A stretch of 63,533 nt of DNA, counting the filler, from Collodictyon triciliatum (Eukaryota): NCBI GenBank assembly GCA_043381765.1. It is 3 parts of 3 records of this genome, joined end to end, with 100 filler letters (N's around TTAATTAATTAA, not from the genome) between each part and the next. Parts side by side here need not be neighbours in the genome. Positions count along the whole stretch, not along the records: positions 1 to 20,893 come from JBHJMP010001171.1; positions 20,994 to 42,816 come from JBHJMP010001173.1; 1 more part is not named here. One strand, 5' to 3'. The notes below the pieces were generated by a model, which searched no databases, had not been told where the DNA came from, and saw only the letters and a list, made by a program, of their open reading frames with translations. Positions 1 to 24,439 of the stretch are shown here, piece by piece; position 1 is the first letter of the stretch, and each line of letters starts with the position of its first letter. Position numbers and translations under genes: made by a program.

Positions 1-76
<76 letters not shown>
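1..76. repeat. (GA)n microsatellite
   Basis: Perfect GA dinucleotide run at the window start. Confidence 0.98.
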
Positions 77-78
<2 letters not shown>

Positions 79-479
79 CGACGTTGCGATTTTGAGAGAA
101 TCACCACCGAGTGTGCATCAGCGCGCGCCTTTCCCGCTGGCTCGACGAAATGACTCATTTATCCTTGCCCAAATAACCGTATGTTATTAGCATCATACGG
201 ACCTGAAGATACGCCCCATGGCCAACAGAGGCTGAAAGCTCGACGAGTGGGAGAGTTGGCGAAGGTGTTGGAGATGCACAGGCATAGACGGGTATTCCCC
301 ATAGGATAAGAGAGGAAGAGTGAATCAACGGGATAATAATAATAATAAAAGTGAAAAATGGAGAAGGAAACAGGTAAAACTTTTCATTTTATTCTGCTGC
401 AGTTGTTGATGGCGGCGTCTTCCTGCTGCCTGTCTTGCCCAGCTCTCTCCAGACAGCCGTGAACTCCGTGTGTCGAGGC

Positions 480-3400
480 CTAGATATGACCCTCGCCTTT
501 CAACGACGTGGCTACAATCTTCTCCATCTTGGCCATTTCTTCCTCTTTGGTTCCATGCTTGCGGAGGTTTGGAGACAGCTTCAGGCAAGATATGACTCCG
601 TGATCGTCACCAACAATTATGATGGGTTCCTGCCGGTATTAGCGAAAAGGTTGAATAGGGCGTGATGAGGAGATACATGGTGAGGAAGCTGTATGGGAGA
701 TGTGGGTGCATTGGCCTAGCCTCTTGCGGGTGTTTTGATGTGCATCCAGAAGAGAAAAAATATGTGTAAAAAAGAAATAACTATAAAGTGAAAGAAAGAA
801 ATGATTATGATAATTATGTATAGGATTATTGTCTGAGAAACCTTATGATTGAATGCAACGTGGGTCAACTTGGCCTTTTTTACGATCTGTTGTTCGCAGA
901 TAGAGTCGTTTTTGTTACGACCCAAGTCGAATATGTGAACCTGAATTATCGGTTTGAGTTATTGTGATAAGCATTTCTTATTGAAGGCAATTGACTTAAT
1001 AATTATTAAAAAAAAAATTGGAAGACTAATCATAAAAAAGAAAGAAGGGATCATCGTCTATTATTGTGTATAATGTCATAAGAGTCTGGTGTACTTTTCC
1101 ATCTGTGGTGACTGCTGCGAATGTAGTGGAAGAAAATGGAGCCCACGCAATGCTGCCAACAGAGTTACCCAAATCAAACATCATCAAAGGACTATTATGA
1201 TTGTGCTCCCATATCTTAACCGTCCAATCCGCGCTACATGACAGGAAAACGCGCGAGTGGAACGGGTTCCAGCGGAGATTGTAAACCGCCATGTCGTGTC
1301 CCTGTACGAAATAAAGGCCACTTATTTGCTGATAAATACAGAAGAATATATCAAACATAAAGGATGTAACAATGTAAAGTGCGAATGAATCTACTATCTT
1401 TTGGTTTGTATGAAAGTGAGAACCTCATAAGTCTCCAGGTAGTGACTGTTGTAAGTTTTTGAGCATTTGTGAATCTGCCCTTCCTCTGTGCCCACGAGGA
1501 AGAGATGGTCATTGAACTTATTAAAGTCGAACGAGCATCCCCCAGCTAGTCCAAAAAGGGCTCCTCCTTCTTCACCCTCAGAGACCTCTTTTGTTGAAGA
1601 TGGCTGATATTTCAGCTCCATTATATCCTGGGAAATTTACATACATCAACTTGGGGGAGATGTTTGCAGAAATTAAAGAGTAAAGAATGAACCGCTTCCA
1701 CCTTCCAAAAAAGAAAAGAAAAATACTCACTAAAACGAATAGCTGTATTATTGGATGGAATAAATTTGTCATATTTAAGCTCACATCAACAGTAGGAATA
1801 TCATGAGATTTAGAAACGTACATTGTGATGCAATTCGTTTTTGACAAGGGTCCATAGGGTGACCCGGCCGTCAGATGATATGGACATAAACTTCAAATCA
1901 CGAGCGAAGCCTTCCGGCTCCCATTTAACCTATATAGTGTTAATTAATTAATTAATTAATTCTTTTATAACTATGATTATCATCATCGTAATCGGCATCA
2001 CTATTATGATTATATCATAGTATTACTATTACTATTACTATTACTATTACTATTACTATTACTATTACTATTACTATTACTATTACTATTACTATTACTA
2101 TTACTATTACTATTACTATTACTACTCAGATAATTACAGTTGTTATCATTCTTTGTTTGTTCATTTTTATTTTTGCGAGAGGAGTTAGGGCCTTAGGCCC
2201 ATACACCATATTAATCCTCAAGTCTTCAACAAATGGCCATCCATTTCAATTGCTGAAGAAAATAAACAAATTTATCCAAACCTGCCAAACAGGGTCCGTA
2301 TGTTTTCCAGCGTTGGCGCTGGATTGAAAAATTGGTTCCGTGCCATTTGATTGAATATCAAACACCATCACACGCCCATCGTACAAACCCACAGCAAGAA
2401 GGGAGGAATACTATGCATCCATGGTATTAGAAGACAATATGGTATACATGTTCAAGATGCTCGAAGAAAAAAACGTATTATATTGACCCTGATGCATACC
2501 TGTGGATGAAAGTCGATTGCCACAACTCCAGAGTCAACCTTGAAGTAAAATTCTGGGTATGACGGGTTTTTCAATGAGAAACAAGCTATCAGCCCTGAGC
2601 TCGGTCGCATATAGTCGTAGCTCCCATAGCCAACAGCAAAGAAATCAAAGAACTCAGGATTCCATACAATAGCAGTAACTGCTTTTCTCTTGGCTTTGTC
2701 AAACTTGAATTTCCAAAGAGGCAAGAGATTACCTGTGTGATAAGGTAATTTAGGTGAGTAAAGGTCCAATTATAATAGACTAATATGGACTATGTTTCAA
2801 ATTATAGTATAAAAAAGGAGTAAAGGTGCTCAAAAGATCGAATTGCAGCATTATGAAATCCACATTCCGATTTCCATATTATTTTGCTTCGACTTATGTG
2901 TTCCTTTTTTTTTTCTTTTTTAATCGAAATTAATATGTGTCTCGTTTCGGTACCTTCTTCACGGTATTGATCAGAAGGGTCATTCCAGTATTTAAAGTCG
3001 TGCATGATTTCGCTGTAGATGTTTTGATTCACCATTCTCTCCATGATAATTAGAGATTTGTGGAAGGCCTCTGTGTGCAGCATTTCGTCCCCGTTCAAGA
3101 GCCTTACTTTTTGATTCTGTGGCTCAGGTGCCTTGTCTGGAATCAGCTGCATCAGCTCCTTACTTTCTTTTTTCTGAATGGGTATTCGTGATGATTATAG
3201 TTTTTCATGTTAAAAATTGCTTGTGGATCAAAGATGGAATAAGAGAGGTTACAATTAGGTGATTTTTTTTGAAGAATAAGAAAGAAAATAGGAGAGAGAG
3301 AGAGTGAGTGAGAGAGAGAGAGTGAGTGAGTGAGGCATAGGGTGTGAAACAAGCTAATGTTGTTGACAGCTACCTCTCCATCCTCATCTTTGCTTGCTTG

Positions 3401-5210
3401 TCGAGCCGCCACTTTGCTTTTTTCTCTCTGTATGCGTTTATTCTCTTCGAATTCCATGTAAGCATCGTATATTTCCCATTGAGTGACATTCCCAACAAAA
3501 TGCTCCCGTGGTGGAGGGTCAGTCGCGGTGGTTCGATGCTTGAAAGGTAGATGAAATAGTGAGGAAGAAAAGAGAGAAAAAAAAATCATTTGCATGCAAG
3601 CTTTGCATAGGAAAATTTAAGTCGACAAAATCAAAGAAAAGGTGATGTGAACCACACCAGTAAGGAGATTTTCGATAATAATTTCTAATTGACGATAATT
3701 GAACATAATGAACATTTAGTAAGGAACTCATTGTACTTTTGGTGGCTGACTGTAGGTTTGGGTAGCTCGCTCGTTGAAGCTGAATTTATTCTTCACTGAA
3801 CGTGCCTTTGCCATAGCAGCGGCATCTTCTTCTGTTTGTATGTCTGTGTCATCCATCATGGCCTTGGTTTATCATGGAAACAAGTTAAACAAAGCTGATT
3901 TAATAGTAGAATAACAATAACGCTGCGAGTTTATGCTAAAGTCGCTATTAAAACAGTATTAAGTATATTATTCGCGCATATTAGAATTTTTGATTTATTT
4001 ATAATGAGGTTATGTGCTAATTTTATAGGTTAAACCCCAGTAATGTGTGAACCAATGTCATCATGTTGTTGAAAATATACTTGTTGCTGAAGTCGCTGTT
4101 GAGTCGCTCTAATCTGGTCAAGGAAGGCTTCTTGCTTTTTAGCATCTTCGCTCTCTTTGTGCATTGACCAACTGTGATGCAATATACCATTTGTTGGACA
4201 CACTATTTGCAATCCTAATCACATAAGAACATGATAGAAAATGACACATGAGAAAGCCTCATACCCATCAAATGAAAAATGTAATTGAAGTTGTTCTAAG
4301 GTAGGCTCTGCCTTGTAGAGCTTTTCCTTATAGCTGTAGCGAGTGATATTGCTAGGTGCATTTCTGTTTTTCGCTCGCAATATTTGTGTATGTTCCTTCT
4401 TAAGCTCCTCCTCAGTTAGCTGAAGCTGGTCTTCTGGCCGAATGACTTCACGCTAAGAAATAATCGATTGACATTAATTTCATCCCATGCAAAAGTTCCA
4501 TTAGAATGTCATAGGAGGCCACCCAGTTTTTATGAAGGGCATGAAAAAAAGAGGCTGACTTATGAAAAGAAAAACACTGAAAGAGTATGTATATGCATGT
4601 GTAATGAATTTCTAAACTATTTACAGAGTTTAATCATATGTTGATTTTCAGCAGGCTGTGAAGAAAAGAGGAGTGAAGGTGTGCGTAAAGTCTTCATAGG
4701 GATAGAAAAAGCTCATGAATCCCAATAAATACCGTCAAATAGTCGGCCACACGAGCAGATTGAGGTCGAGATGAGTCCTTGTGACCAGCCCCGTCTGCTC
4801 CCGCGTTAGTATTTAAAGACTCAATGTTTGTGCTAGACTCTCCCTGGGCCACTGAGCGCCTACTTTTGCCTCCACGAGCCGCGGTTTCAGATGGGCCGTT
4901 TCCCTGTACAGTCGAAATCATTATGTCTCAAAAAAAAAATGAAGCGGAGACCGAAGAGGTGAGTTTTAAATAGAAACAAGCTTTGAGTGTATATACATTC
5001 GTCACTATCAGACGAAAACAGAAAACAGTAAGGAAGAGGGCTTTGATCAAAACTGATTATCACAGAACTGACGAAGGGCATACACCGTTCAAATGGTGTA
5101 CCCAAGTGGGTGCAAAAAAAAAAAAAGAGAGAATTGCACTAGTTTGTCCTTTGAAAGAAGGAAAATAATAATAAAAAGGGGCTAATTAAACTTACTGGTT
5201 TTTTCGACAT
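480..5210 (-). CDS. DNAI1: Axonemal outer-arm dynein intermediate chain 1 (IC78/ODA9-like WD40 protein), multi-exon
   Basis: ATG at 5210 (MSKKP|GTAAG). Spliced exons give [116 protein letters not shown] and [26 protein letters not shown] (TAG at 480-482). These are DNAI1-family motifs. The N-terminal exon boundaries are less certain. Confidence 0.93.
2021..2125. repeat. (TATTAC)n microsatellite in a DNAI1 intron
   Basis: Perfect hexamer array. Confidence 0.95.
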
Positions 5211-5760
5211 CGAAATCGAGTATTGGTTGCTGGCTCTTTGGGTGTTTGGGATATCCTGCTGTTCATAGAGGACGGGGCATTTCAGCGAGCCTGCTTACTT
5301 GCGGCTGGATACTCGGGCTTGTCTACTGGTTTTTTTTTTTGCTTTGTTCGATGATTAATCTGTATTTTTGGCGTGATAAACTGGGACGAAAGTCCTTTCA
5401 TGGAAAAATGCCATATGTGGATAGACCGTTCGTAACGACTTTTTTACTCAATTGAAAAGGAAAACACATCTTCCTGTTTAAAAGGACTTGTAGATTCTTA
5501 TATTTGTAATACATGTGATTATTTATTTCATTTTTTGAAAATTACTAAAGCGTTTTGACAGTTACTACTGACTTATAGATCAGAAACATCATATTTTCCA
5601 CAAAAATAACAAAGTCAATTTCGTTATCTCGAGGTGCACCGGGTCTTCTGGTATTTGCACCCCAAAATGTTTTTTTTTTCTGTCTCTCTTTATTGCCCTG
5701 GACTCAGTTTCTTGGGTGAGGAGTAGCTCTTGGGATTGTAGCCACGAATGTGTAAACGAC

Positions 5761-7285
5761 TTATGGCTTTCTCTCTCTCGCAATGACTTCGGGGGCAAAC
5801 TTTATCAGAAGGGTGGTCTTTGATTTTTGTCCGTCGGGTGGGACGTAGTGCGCCGTGACTCGAGCAGGCTACGATGTGAGTAATTTGTTTGTGTGTAGTC
5901 ATGGTATATTCTTGGGCAATTCTAGTTTCATTTTCTCGAAGATTCATGCAACGTATTCGTACCGAGTCTGTGGTTTATACATGAAACTTACACCATGACA
6001 TTTGAAATTGATGCGATATGACAAGATTGATACATGAAGGCGACACACTTACAAATTCTGCCGAATCCAAGATTCCTTTTACAATACCGGCCGCAAAATA
6101 TGATGTTGTATGAGGAGCTAGTTCGGATGAATTGATTTAATGAAGGGAGAGACTAGCAACACCAAGCAGCTTGCGAGCATCATTTATACACGAATGTAAA
6201 GCAAAAAGCTCTCACGTGGGGATAATGCATAATTATGAATGTATAAACTTACCGATATCACGAGATATGGAAATGTATTTGTTGATCAGGAGTTCTCTCT
6301 CACTAATCATATCTGATCAAAAATATATTAGTTTTTTCCACCTCCAGTGAAATAAGTACTAGGGGAATATGGTCAAAAATAAGATTTGAGGAGCCCATTA
6401 AAGCAAAAAGCAATAGAAAACAAAATAGAAATAGAAAATAAAGAAAAATACGTACACTCGTCATCATTTTCTATGCTCTTCTCCAACGAGTCTGCAGGCT
6501 TCCCGAATAATGATTTCCAGACGGTACTGCTGATAAAATTTAGAATGTTGACAATCCTATCGATAAAAGGTGTAGAATTAGCTTGGATTGAAATAATAAA
6601 GATTCATGGATACTATGATATTCAGTACATTAACAAGTTGAATAGTTTTATTAAAAATGAATCAAAGAATTATTAAAACTTACTTTGTCTCTCTCTTCGA
6701 TGTAGTGCGAGCACATATTAAATCCAGGACGCGGCTCCCAACGAAAGCACCTGCGTCTTCCAATCTAATGGTGCGCATAAGAATTAGAATAATGTTATTA
6801 ACAATACCAATAATGGTCTCATCCTACTTTGAATCGAATAAAGAGAAAAATGATTCCATCATGAAAGGGTAGACCTCTTTTCCAGCTCGTGTGCTTGAGC
6901 AGCTCGACCCTGGGAGTACTGAACAAGCTCGGAGAACATGTATGCAAAGGAGCTCAAGCTAACCTAAGCATTTTAATTTTTATTATTATATTCATTATTT
7001 GGGTTTTAGAATAGAAGGCAAGTACACACATAACAAAAGGCAAAATAAGAATGTATGAGATCAGAGAAGAGTTAAAATTCTTTAGTTATGAAAAAATAAA
7101 AGGCGAGAAAGAAACGCCGGCTTGATGCTTTTGAGGGTGTTCTGCAAGCAGTTCGGATCGCCAGAGTACTTTTAAAAAAAAACTAAAAAAAACATAGAAT
7201 TATTAATATATACCTCCACTTTTCCACGACTCAGGGGACGATCCATGATATTCTGGGGAGGAAGGCGGGTTGTTTTCTTTTCCAT
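5761..7285 (-). CDS. TRAPPC5: Trafficking protein particle complex subunit 5 (Trs31), 7 coding exons
   Basis: Spliced product [95 protein letters not shown]..|[15 protein letters not shown]..|..[40 protein letters not shown]. All introns are GT-AG and phase-consistent. The ORF track misses this gene. Confidence 0.95.
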
Positions 7286-8168
7286 ATTGTGCTATTAGGT
7301 GATAGGCGAAAAATAAACATACAGGTTAGTGGGGTCAAGCTAAAGTGTGAAAGGAAGCGACAAAGAAGCCTGAGGCGTTGTTGACCAGAAGTCCTTCAAG
7401 TTCGTGTTATGAATAGTTCTGCAATACTAAAAGCGCATTCGCTCCTATGGCTGGGAGCTTTCAGCAGGAAACAGGTTCGTGACATAGATGTGGTTCTTGA
7501 AAGAGTCAGAGACTAAAAGGAAGAGTAAACAAAGGAAACTGTATAGAAAAGTGTTCTTTTGGATCGCTGCCAGCGCTATCTTGCACGAATCTAAAGGAAG
7601 AATGTTTGTTTGTTTTTTCCCTTTATTCGACCCAAAGATTGAAAGGAAGAATATATATATATATATATATATATAAGATCGCTGCCAGCATTGGCGGAAT
7701 AGAGGCGCGCCTAATTATCATTTGCTTGCTTGTTACACACGATTCACCAAAGCGCGCCCCCGAAAACGATTCTCATGGGATTGAGACAGGAAAAGCGGTT
7801 GTGTGGTATTGAGGCGTAAGGGAGAAATGGCTGCGAGATTTCTGCAACCCAGGTTTCCATTTGATCATTGATTTGATGCCGCTCCTTCTCTCTTGGTCGA
7901 ACCCTCGGTGGTTGGGAAACAGGCATCGAAGACATCGCCCATCACATCTCCAACCCTGGCTGCGTGCATCACCACCTACAAGTATCATCTTTAACATGGT
8001 TCATATACCGCTTGGCCTTCTGTTTGTCGGTCCCGTCCTTCTGCTAATATCTTTCATCCTCACAAACTTGGCTGTTTTTTTTTTATTTGCTCCCTGGTGT
8101 GGGTGACCTCTTTGTATACTTCCCTATTGATTCCATTCAGGGGAGGTTTTTCTTTTCTTTTCATTGGC

Positions 8169-8340
<172 letters not shown>

Positions 8341-8458
8341 TTGAGCCAACCCGAAAACAAGGCAGAGTGGTAAAAAAAAAAACAGGAACACTCTGATTCA
8401 CAACATATTAGTGGTCAGAAAAAAAACATGTTTATTGGAATTGATGACCAAATCGACA

Positions 8459-11183
<2,725 letters not shown>

Positions 11184-11651
11184 CTTTTGCACTCGGGTGT
11201 TTCTGTTCGATATAACGTTGGTGCCGATGAGAAACCGATTGATGGGGAGGCGAAACATTGAACAAATAACCATAAAACTGATATATCTGGAAATTATATG
11301 TAATTAATGTAATAATCCTGTTTGGTCGTAACAAATCCCATAAAATGTTAATGTTCAAGAGAATATTACACTAATTGTCATTATCAGGATAATGAGATGG
11401 TTTTGCGCAGGGTATTTGCTGTTCCCGTTTGTTATACCGGGGAGTGAGCGATCCAAGAGACCGCGGGGATTGAATCAGGATTGGCTGCCGCGTTGTGAGG
11501 TTTTTGCATTAGTTTCTCTTCTGTCATTCTATTTTCATTTCTCGGGCGCTTCCAAGACAGCTGGGTACTGAGCAGTTGTGTGCCCTGCAATCTCGTGCGA
11601 AATAAAGCAAACTATCACAATTAAATATATATTTATTTACTCTCGCCTTTT

Positions 11652-11703
<52 letters not shown>

Positions 11704-11811
11704 TTATTTATTTATTTATTTATATATTTATTTATTTATTTCTTATTTTATGTTTTTATATATCTATTCATTTACGCCGAAAGACGAGAAAGAAACCTGT
11801 GGTGCTATAGA
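11184..11811. promoter_or_regulatory. Putative bidirectional promoter region between RAP1 and CHD1L
   Basis: 628 bp separate the two divergent ATGs. There is a CG-containing core at ~11400-11600 and a (TTTC)n/(TTTA)n tract at ~11648-11770. Promoter function is inferred from position. Confidence 0.55.
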
Positions 11812-19583
<7,772 letters not shown>

Positions 19584-20254
19584 CTGTCACAAAGGTTGGT
19601 TTATTGCCAAGCATATCCGCACCTTTTCGTTCGTACCCATATTCTTACTATTAATTACCGAGATGAATGTCCCAATCATTTCTGCAAAACTGTTGGTCTG
19701 ATATTGTTCCAAAGGAACTTCCTTCTCAATACCTTTGACTTGTCACCCACGCAGCACTTTCGAGGTTCCTGACATCCCTGATGAGGCTGATGATTAACCC
19801 ACACATCCCAACCGACAGAGAAAATAAACTTAAAACGAAGCTCAAGACGAAACGAGAGGAACATCGCCAACGGCATTCATTAAATCAATCATCAGCACAG
19901 TGTTGACGTCCACAGTGGTCGGGTCAGTTATAGAAGGAAGAAGAATAGATGAGTGACTTTTCTTTATTCGGTTCACGGTTTGCTGTGGCTGGAAGACTCT
20001 CGGATGACGCGCGTAAACTAGGCGCATCGCACTCATGCGCTCCTNNNNNNNNNNNNNNNNNNNNNNNNNNNNNNNNNNNNNNNGAGAGAGAGAGAGAGAG
20101 AGAGAGCCAAAACATCAGTTCTCCTTCTTGGATTCACATCAAGGATTATTTTTTTTCTTTCGTTTCATTGATTTTTAGAAATTATGATTAGGATATAAAA
20201 TAGTAGGTGAAGGAATGGCATAGTTCACCAGAGCGAGGGATTGAATACATACCT

Positions 20255-20783
20255 TTAGGCAATACGAAGGCCTGCAAATGTCTCCTCAACAGACTTCACG
20301 GTCCACACAACAAGGTTACCATCGACACCAGATGTCGTGAAGGCCTCAGCACCGCCATTTGCGTTCTTCCACACTTGAATGCCACTGCGCGTAGCGTTTG
20401 GATGTAAATTTAGACAAGCAGGTGGTGCAACTACACACTGGTAAGACAGCAAGGGGAAAAAAGAAACAAGGAAGAGAAAAGAAAAAAAAGGCACACATAC
20501 AGAGAAACTAATATGTTATATCTTTATGAAATCTATGCCTTTTATATATATATATATATTCCCTACATTAAATGTTCTTTTATATTTTAAAAAAAAATCT
20601 AGGTATCAGATAGACAGCAAATATTACCTGATAGCGTTCTGGTGCTTTGTGTCGAGAGAGAAATCAACAGAGTCAGCGGTACCTTTTGAGGCGGTGGACT
20701 GGAAGGCCTGGAAGGCTGATTGGGTGGCTGTGCGAGCAGCGCTCGATGCCTTTTGCTTCGTGTCAATCTTTCCTTTGAGAGAC
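20255..20783 (-). CDS. ARPC1: Arp2/3 complex subunit ARPC1 (p41-Arc), last two exons only; 5' part cut at assembly junction
   Basis: Exon 20783-20628 SLKGKIDTKQK..SAFQAFQS..SLDTKHQNAI and exon 20384-20255 GIQVW..FTTSGVDGNLVVWTVKSVEETFAGLRIA*, matching the ARPC1 C-terminus (HQNxI; FxTSGxDGxxxIW). Confidence 0.88.
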
Positions 20784-20893
20784 CTGAAATAATCACGTAT
20801 GATTAGTACAAATGCCTTAACGGGGGGGGGGGGGGGGGGGGGGGGCTGGGTCGATAAAGAAAAGGTTTATATGAAAAGGGCAAAAAAAGTCGG

Positions 20894-20993
20894 NNNNNNN
20901 NNNNNNNNNNNNNNNNNNNNNNNNNNNNNNNNNNNNNTTAATTAATTAANNNNNNNNNNNNNNNNNNNNNNNNNNNNNNNNNNNNNNNNNNNN
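20894..20993. other. Artificial assembly spacer N44-TTAATTAATTAA-N44
   Basis: Exactly 100 bp with a palindromic all-frame stop linker; an identical copy lies at 42817-42916. Confidence 0.95.
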
Positions 20994-21090
20994 TATTTTC
21001 TTATATTTTCTTATATTTTCTTATATTTTCTTATATTTTCTTATATTTTCTTATATTTTCTTATATTTTCTTATATTTTCTTATATTTTC
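20994..21090. repeat. (TTATATTTTC)n 10-bp tandem repeat
   Basis: Perfect decamer array at the contig edge. Confidence 0.95.
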
Positions 21091-21437
21091 TTTCGTTTTC
21101 TTTCCTTTATTATCCTTACCCACTGTTTAAAATTGATATCATTTATTCTTTTTCGTTGCTTTTATACTGTCTTTTCGCTATTTTATTCTGAGACATTTTA
21201 CAAGAATTTCAAGTAATGATACCAAATAAGTTTTTTAAATGTGGAAAATACTGTTTGCAGTTTTCCGTCTTCCACCCTGGCCTGGATACGAATGGAAACC
21301 CTCATTTCGAATTGACCAAACCTGTGTTCTTCACGCCTTTGGCCACCATAAACCCATGTTTCAACGAGACAAATTTTAATAAGGAAATAGCAGGATGAAA
21401 AAGAAAGGCAGGATGTGGAGATGGATGGCAGATGAAC

Positions 21438-24400
21438 TTATTCGGGCTCGTCTTGTTTGCTCTGTTCCTGGTCGCTACTGTTACTTTGGGATTCTTGGGC
21501 ATCGTTCTGTTGAAGGCCTCTCAACAAAGATAACTCTGCTTCGAGTGCTTCTCTCCTTCTACTTTCTTGCTCCAAGATAGACTTCAGATTATGTAGTGTA
21601 TCTTCAAATTCACACCGTGCCGTGACAACTTTTTCGTATTTAGACTCTGCATCTTTCAGTATGTCGTATATGCTACTTGTTACTTCTTGGATATTTACAT
21701 CCTTCATCAAATTTTGGTACTTTGATGCATCACGAACAGGAAGCAAACTCATCCACTTGAAGGAGGCAATTTCTGAATTTTGTGGGGGAAATAGTTGATA
21801 GGTAATCGAGACGATGAAAAGCTCATCAAACAAATATTGCAGATTAGAAAAAGTACCAGTCTCTGGAAAACTAGGAGATGGGTCTGACTTCATATCGGAG
21901 AGCTTTTTTTATTTTTTTAGGTTAGGAAAATCGGGAGGAATTACGTAATATGAAATAAAAAAAATTAGAGAATAATTCCGAATTCAAAATATTCGTAGTT
22001 GTTGATACTTTTCGTGTTAGAAAAATGAATACCGTTTCCCCGACGTTCTCATCTAGAAACTGAATCATACTTTCTGCGATAAATCCAAGCTTTCCCCAAG
22101 AATAGGCGGTACAAAATCCATCTTCTTTACTCTGTACGAATAAGTGGTCTCCTTGTGTAACTTCGAGCGCACCATGAGCAAATTCATGAACAGTTTCCTT
22201 CGCAACTGCGAGAATAAGTCTTTGAGGTGGTGGCTAAGTGAAAACAAGCAATTAATAAACCATATAAAGTGGTCGTGAAAAGGTGGGGGAAATCATGAGA
22301 CGCAAAGGCAAACATATGGAATGAATAGAATTAATAGCGTGACATTTCATGGTCGATTCACCCAAAATAACCAGATTAATCAAGAGCAAAGGGATTCACA
22401 ATGACAATAAGATTAGATGCACATTCTTTGAACCGAATAAAGTGGGGAAAGGGTTGAATGCGCATCATGGATGCTAACCTTGATCAGGATTTGAATATGC
22501 TTTATCATAGTAGACACAACATCAGATACTGAGGACATGTTATATATTGCTGTTTGGACGTGCTGATCAGGTGGTTTCAAGAAAAGTGGGCCAAACACCT
22601 TCCCCAGGCTGTCTTCGGACATGTGGTTAAAGAGCTGCTTGTGTGACAAAAGGGAGAGGAAGCTTAATGTTTTGAATAAGAGAACGCGATTCGGCTCGGG
22701 CATAATTTTGAATAGCGCACAATATCCTTGCACTTGCAGATCCTCTTTGGACATATCTAAGGGCATGGATTATCGGAATATGTACATGATATTGAGGGGA
22801 TACAAAAGCATATCTACTATGAACTAATTAGATGTACGAAAGATATAAAACACAAACACACGCTTGGTTGCATGCTTGGTAGGTTGGTTGGTTTCGTTTG
22901 GAATGAGGGAGAAAAGAAAGTAATTACCGTGCGCAGATAGAAATCCAAAGTATAATTCAGACGGGATGAGAGGCTGGGAAAGGTCACGGAAGAAATTTTT
23001 CAATACGCAAGCAACTGCATATGGGTCGGCAGACTCTGCAATCTCAATCAAATCGCCATGGTCAAAAGCTGATTGATAGTATTCAACTTCATTTGGTTTT
23101 CCTGTCAGCATGAACAGACTGTGTGTCTCCATTGCTACATATGTAAACAGTTGGATTACATAAAGAATGTTTTAGAAACTGGCCATGTTTTTTATTGCTC
23201 TTAATTTCAATCATAACTCATTGAAGAAAAAAAGAGAGGATAATGATTGAATAGGTGTAAACCTTTCTTTGAAAGCCACGATATACATTTATCTACCACC
23301 ACAGGAATCGTTGCGCTCGGGGCGCTATTTTGTATTGCAACTTGCAGAGTAACGCCAAACATTTTAGAAGGGAGTCCAACTACAGAGGACTTAAATCAGT
23401 TGATCATGTAAAATACGTTTCATAGATTACTTGGTTTGGAGTTTCTTTTCTTATCTTTTTCAAATCTTCTCTATTCATATTTATATTTTATATTGGAGAT
23501 TAAATTTTCTTTACCCTTTAAAGTAGGCAATCAATGTCCGCATATGCATCAGAGATATCAAGGATTAATGTCGAAGAGTATGTACAATCGTTTAGGATGA
23601 AAAAATTTTTAAAAGTGTAAAAGTGGTGATTTGCTTGATGATAAAAAGAGATAAAGTTACCATAATTTCTTTCTTTCCTTTTCCTGATTGTTTGGGTTTC
23701 CTCTTCAAAAGCAAAATTCCGTTTGAATTGGTTGGATATTGTTGGCGGAGAGACTTGAATGGATCCAGAACAACTGGTAACATGTCAGCAGATGAGGTCA
23801 AGAAAAGGTCCGTGTTAAAAAAAACCCAACATACAAAATAGTATGTGGTGGCAGAAAGTTGAATATCATCGAATAAAAGATGTGGTTGCAGTCTCTTTTT
23901 CTTTTCTTTTTTTTTTTTTGTAGGATGTTCACAAAATGGTAAGGGCTAATTGTCGTTTACTTCTTCATCATATAAACTCAAATTATCGTGCAAATATATA
24001 TCTGGTATATTCATACAATTTCCATTTTGAAGAACGAAATCATCTGCAGACTTCAACTTCGACTGCTCACACAACTGTACAATTGCCGCCGATACATTGA
24101 CGGAATAGTCTACCATTAGCATCGACACTGATTTGGACTCTTCAATCAGAACCTTGATGTTCCTGGCTCTGCATTTCAACTCAACCGTGTCCTTATGTGA
24201 AGTCAATAAAAATCAGTTTTGTCTGTATTCCTTTTAGGTCCTGATATGACTTTTCTTGAGTGGTCCCCAAATGCATAAGATGAAACAAAATGTGGTGATG
24301 GTGAGTATAGCGTATGACTACATGGTTTTTGAGATGGTAGGATGACAATGGTCGTTCTTCATGCATCCAAACGCCTCCAACATGAGGATCGTCTGGCGCG

Positions 24401-24439
24401 AGAAACAATCCAAACTCGCCGATTCCACTGATGCCCGTC
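21438..24439 (-). CDS. Talin F0/F1-like + RhoGAP (arginine finger lost) + SH3-like + coiled-coil protein; start lies in or upstream of gap 24440-24852 (possible ATG near 25078)
   Basis: EFGLFLAPDDPHVGGVWMHEERPLSSYHLKNH|DTVELKCRARNIKVLIEESKSVSMLMVDYSVNVSAAIVQLCEQ (tandem ubiquitin-like folds). RhoGAP KMFGVTL..IPVVVDKCISWL..ETHSLFMLTG..DPYAVACVLKNFFRDLSQPLIP..MPEPNRVLL..NHMSEDSLGKVFGP. SH3-like LAVAKETV..ALEVTQGDHLFVQSKEDGFCTAYSWGKLGFIAE. Terminal coiled coil ending DEPE*. Confidence 0.85.

Noticed and set aside
7744-8106. Short ORFs between RAP1 and TRAPPC5
   Set aside because: No recognisable domain or consistent splice chain.
19676-20036. Short minus-strand ORFs, one vaguely like an integrase zinc-binding region (HQG..LRRKFLWNNIRPTV)
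   Set aside because: No CxxC, DDE, RT or LTR nearby; it lies between two convergent 3' ends and is probably chance.
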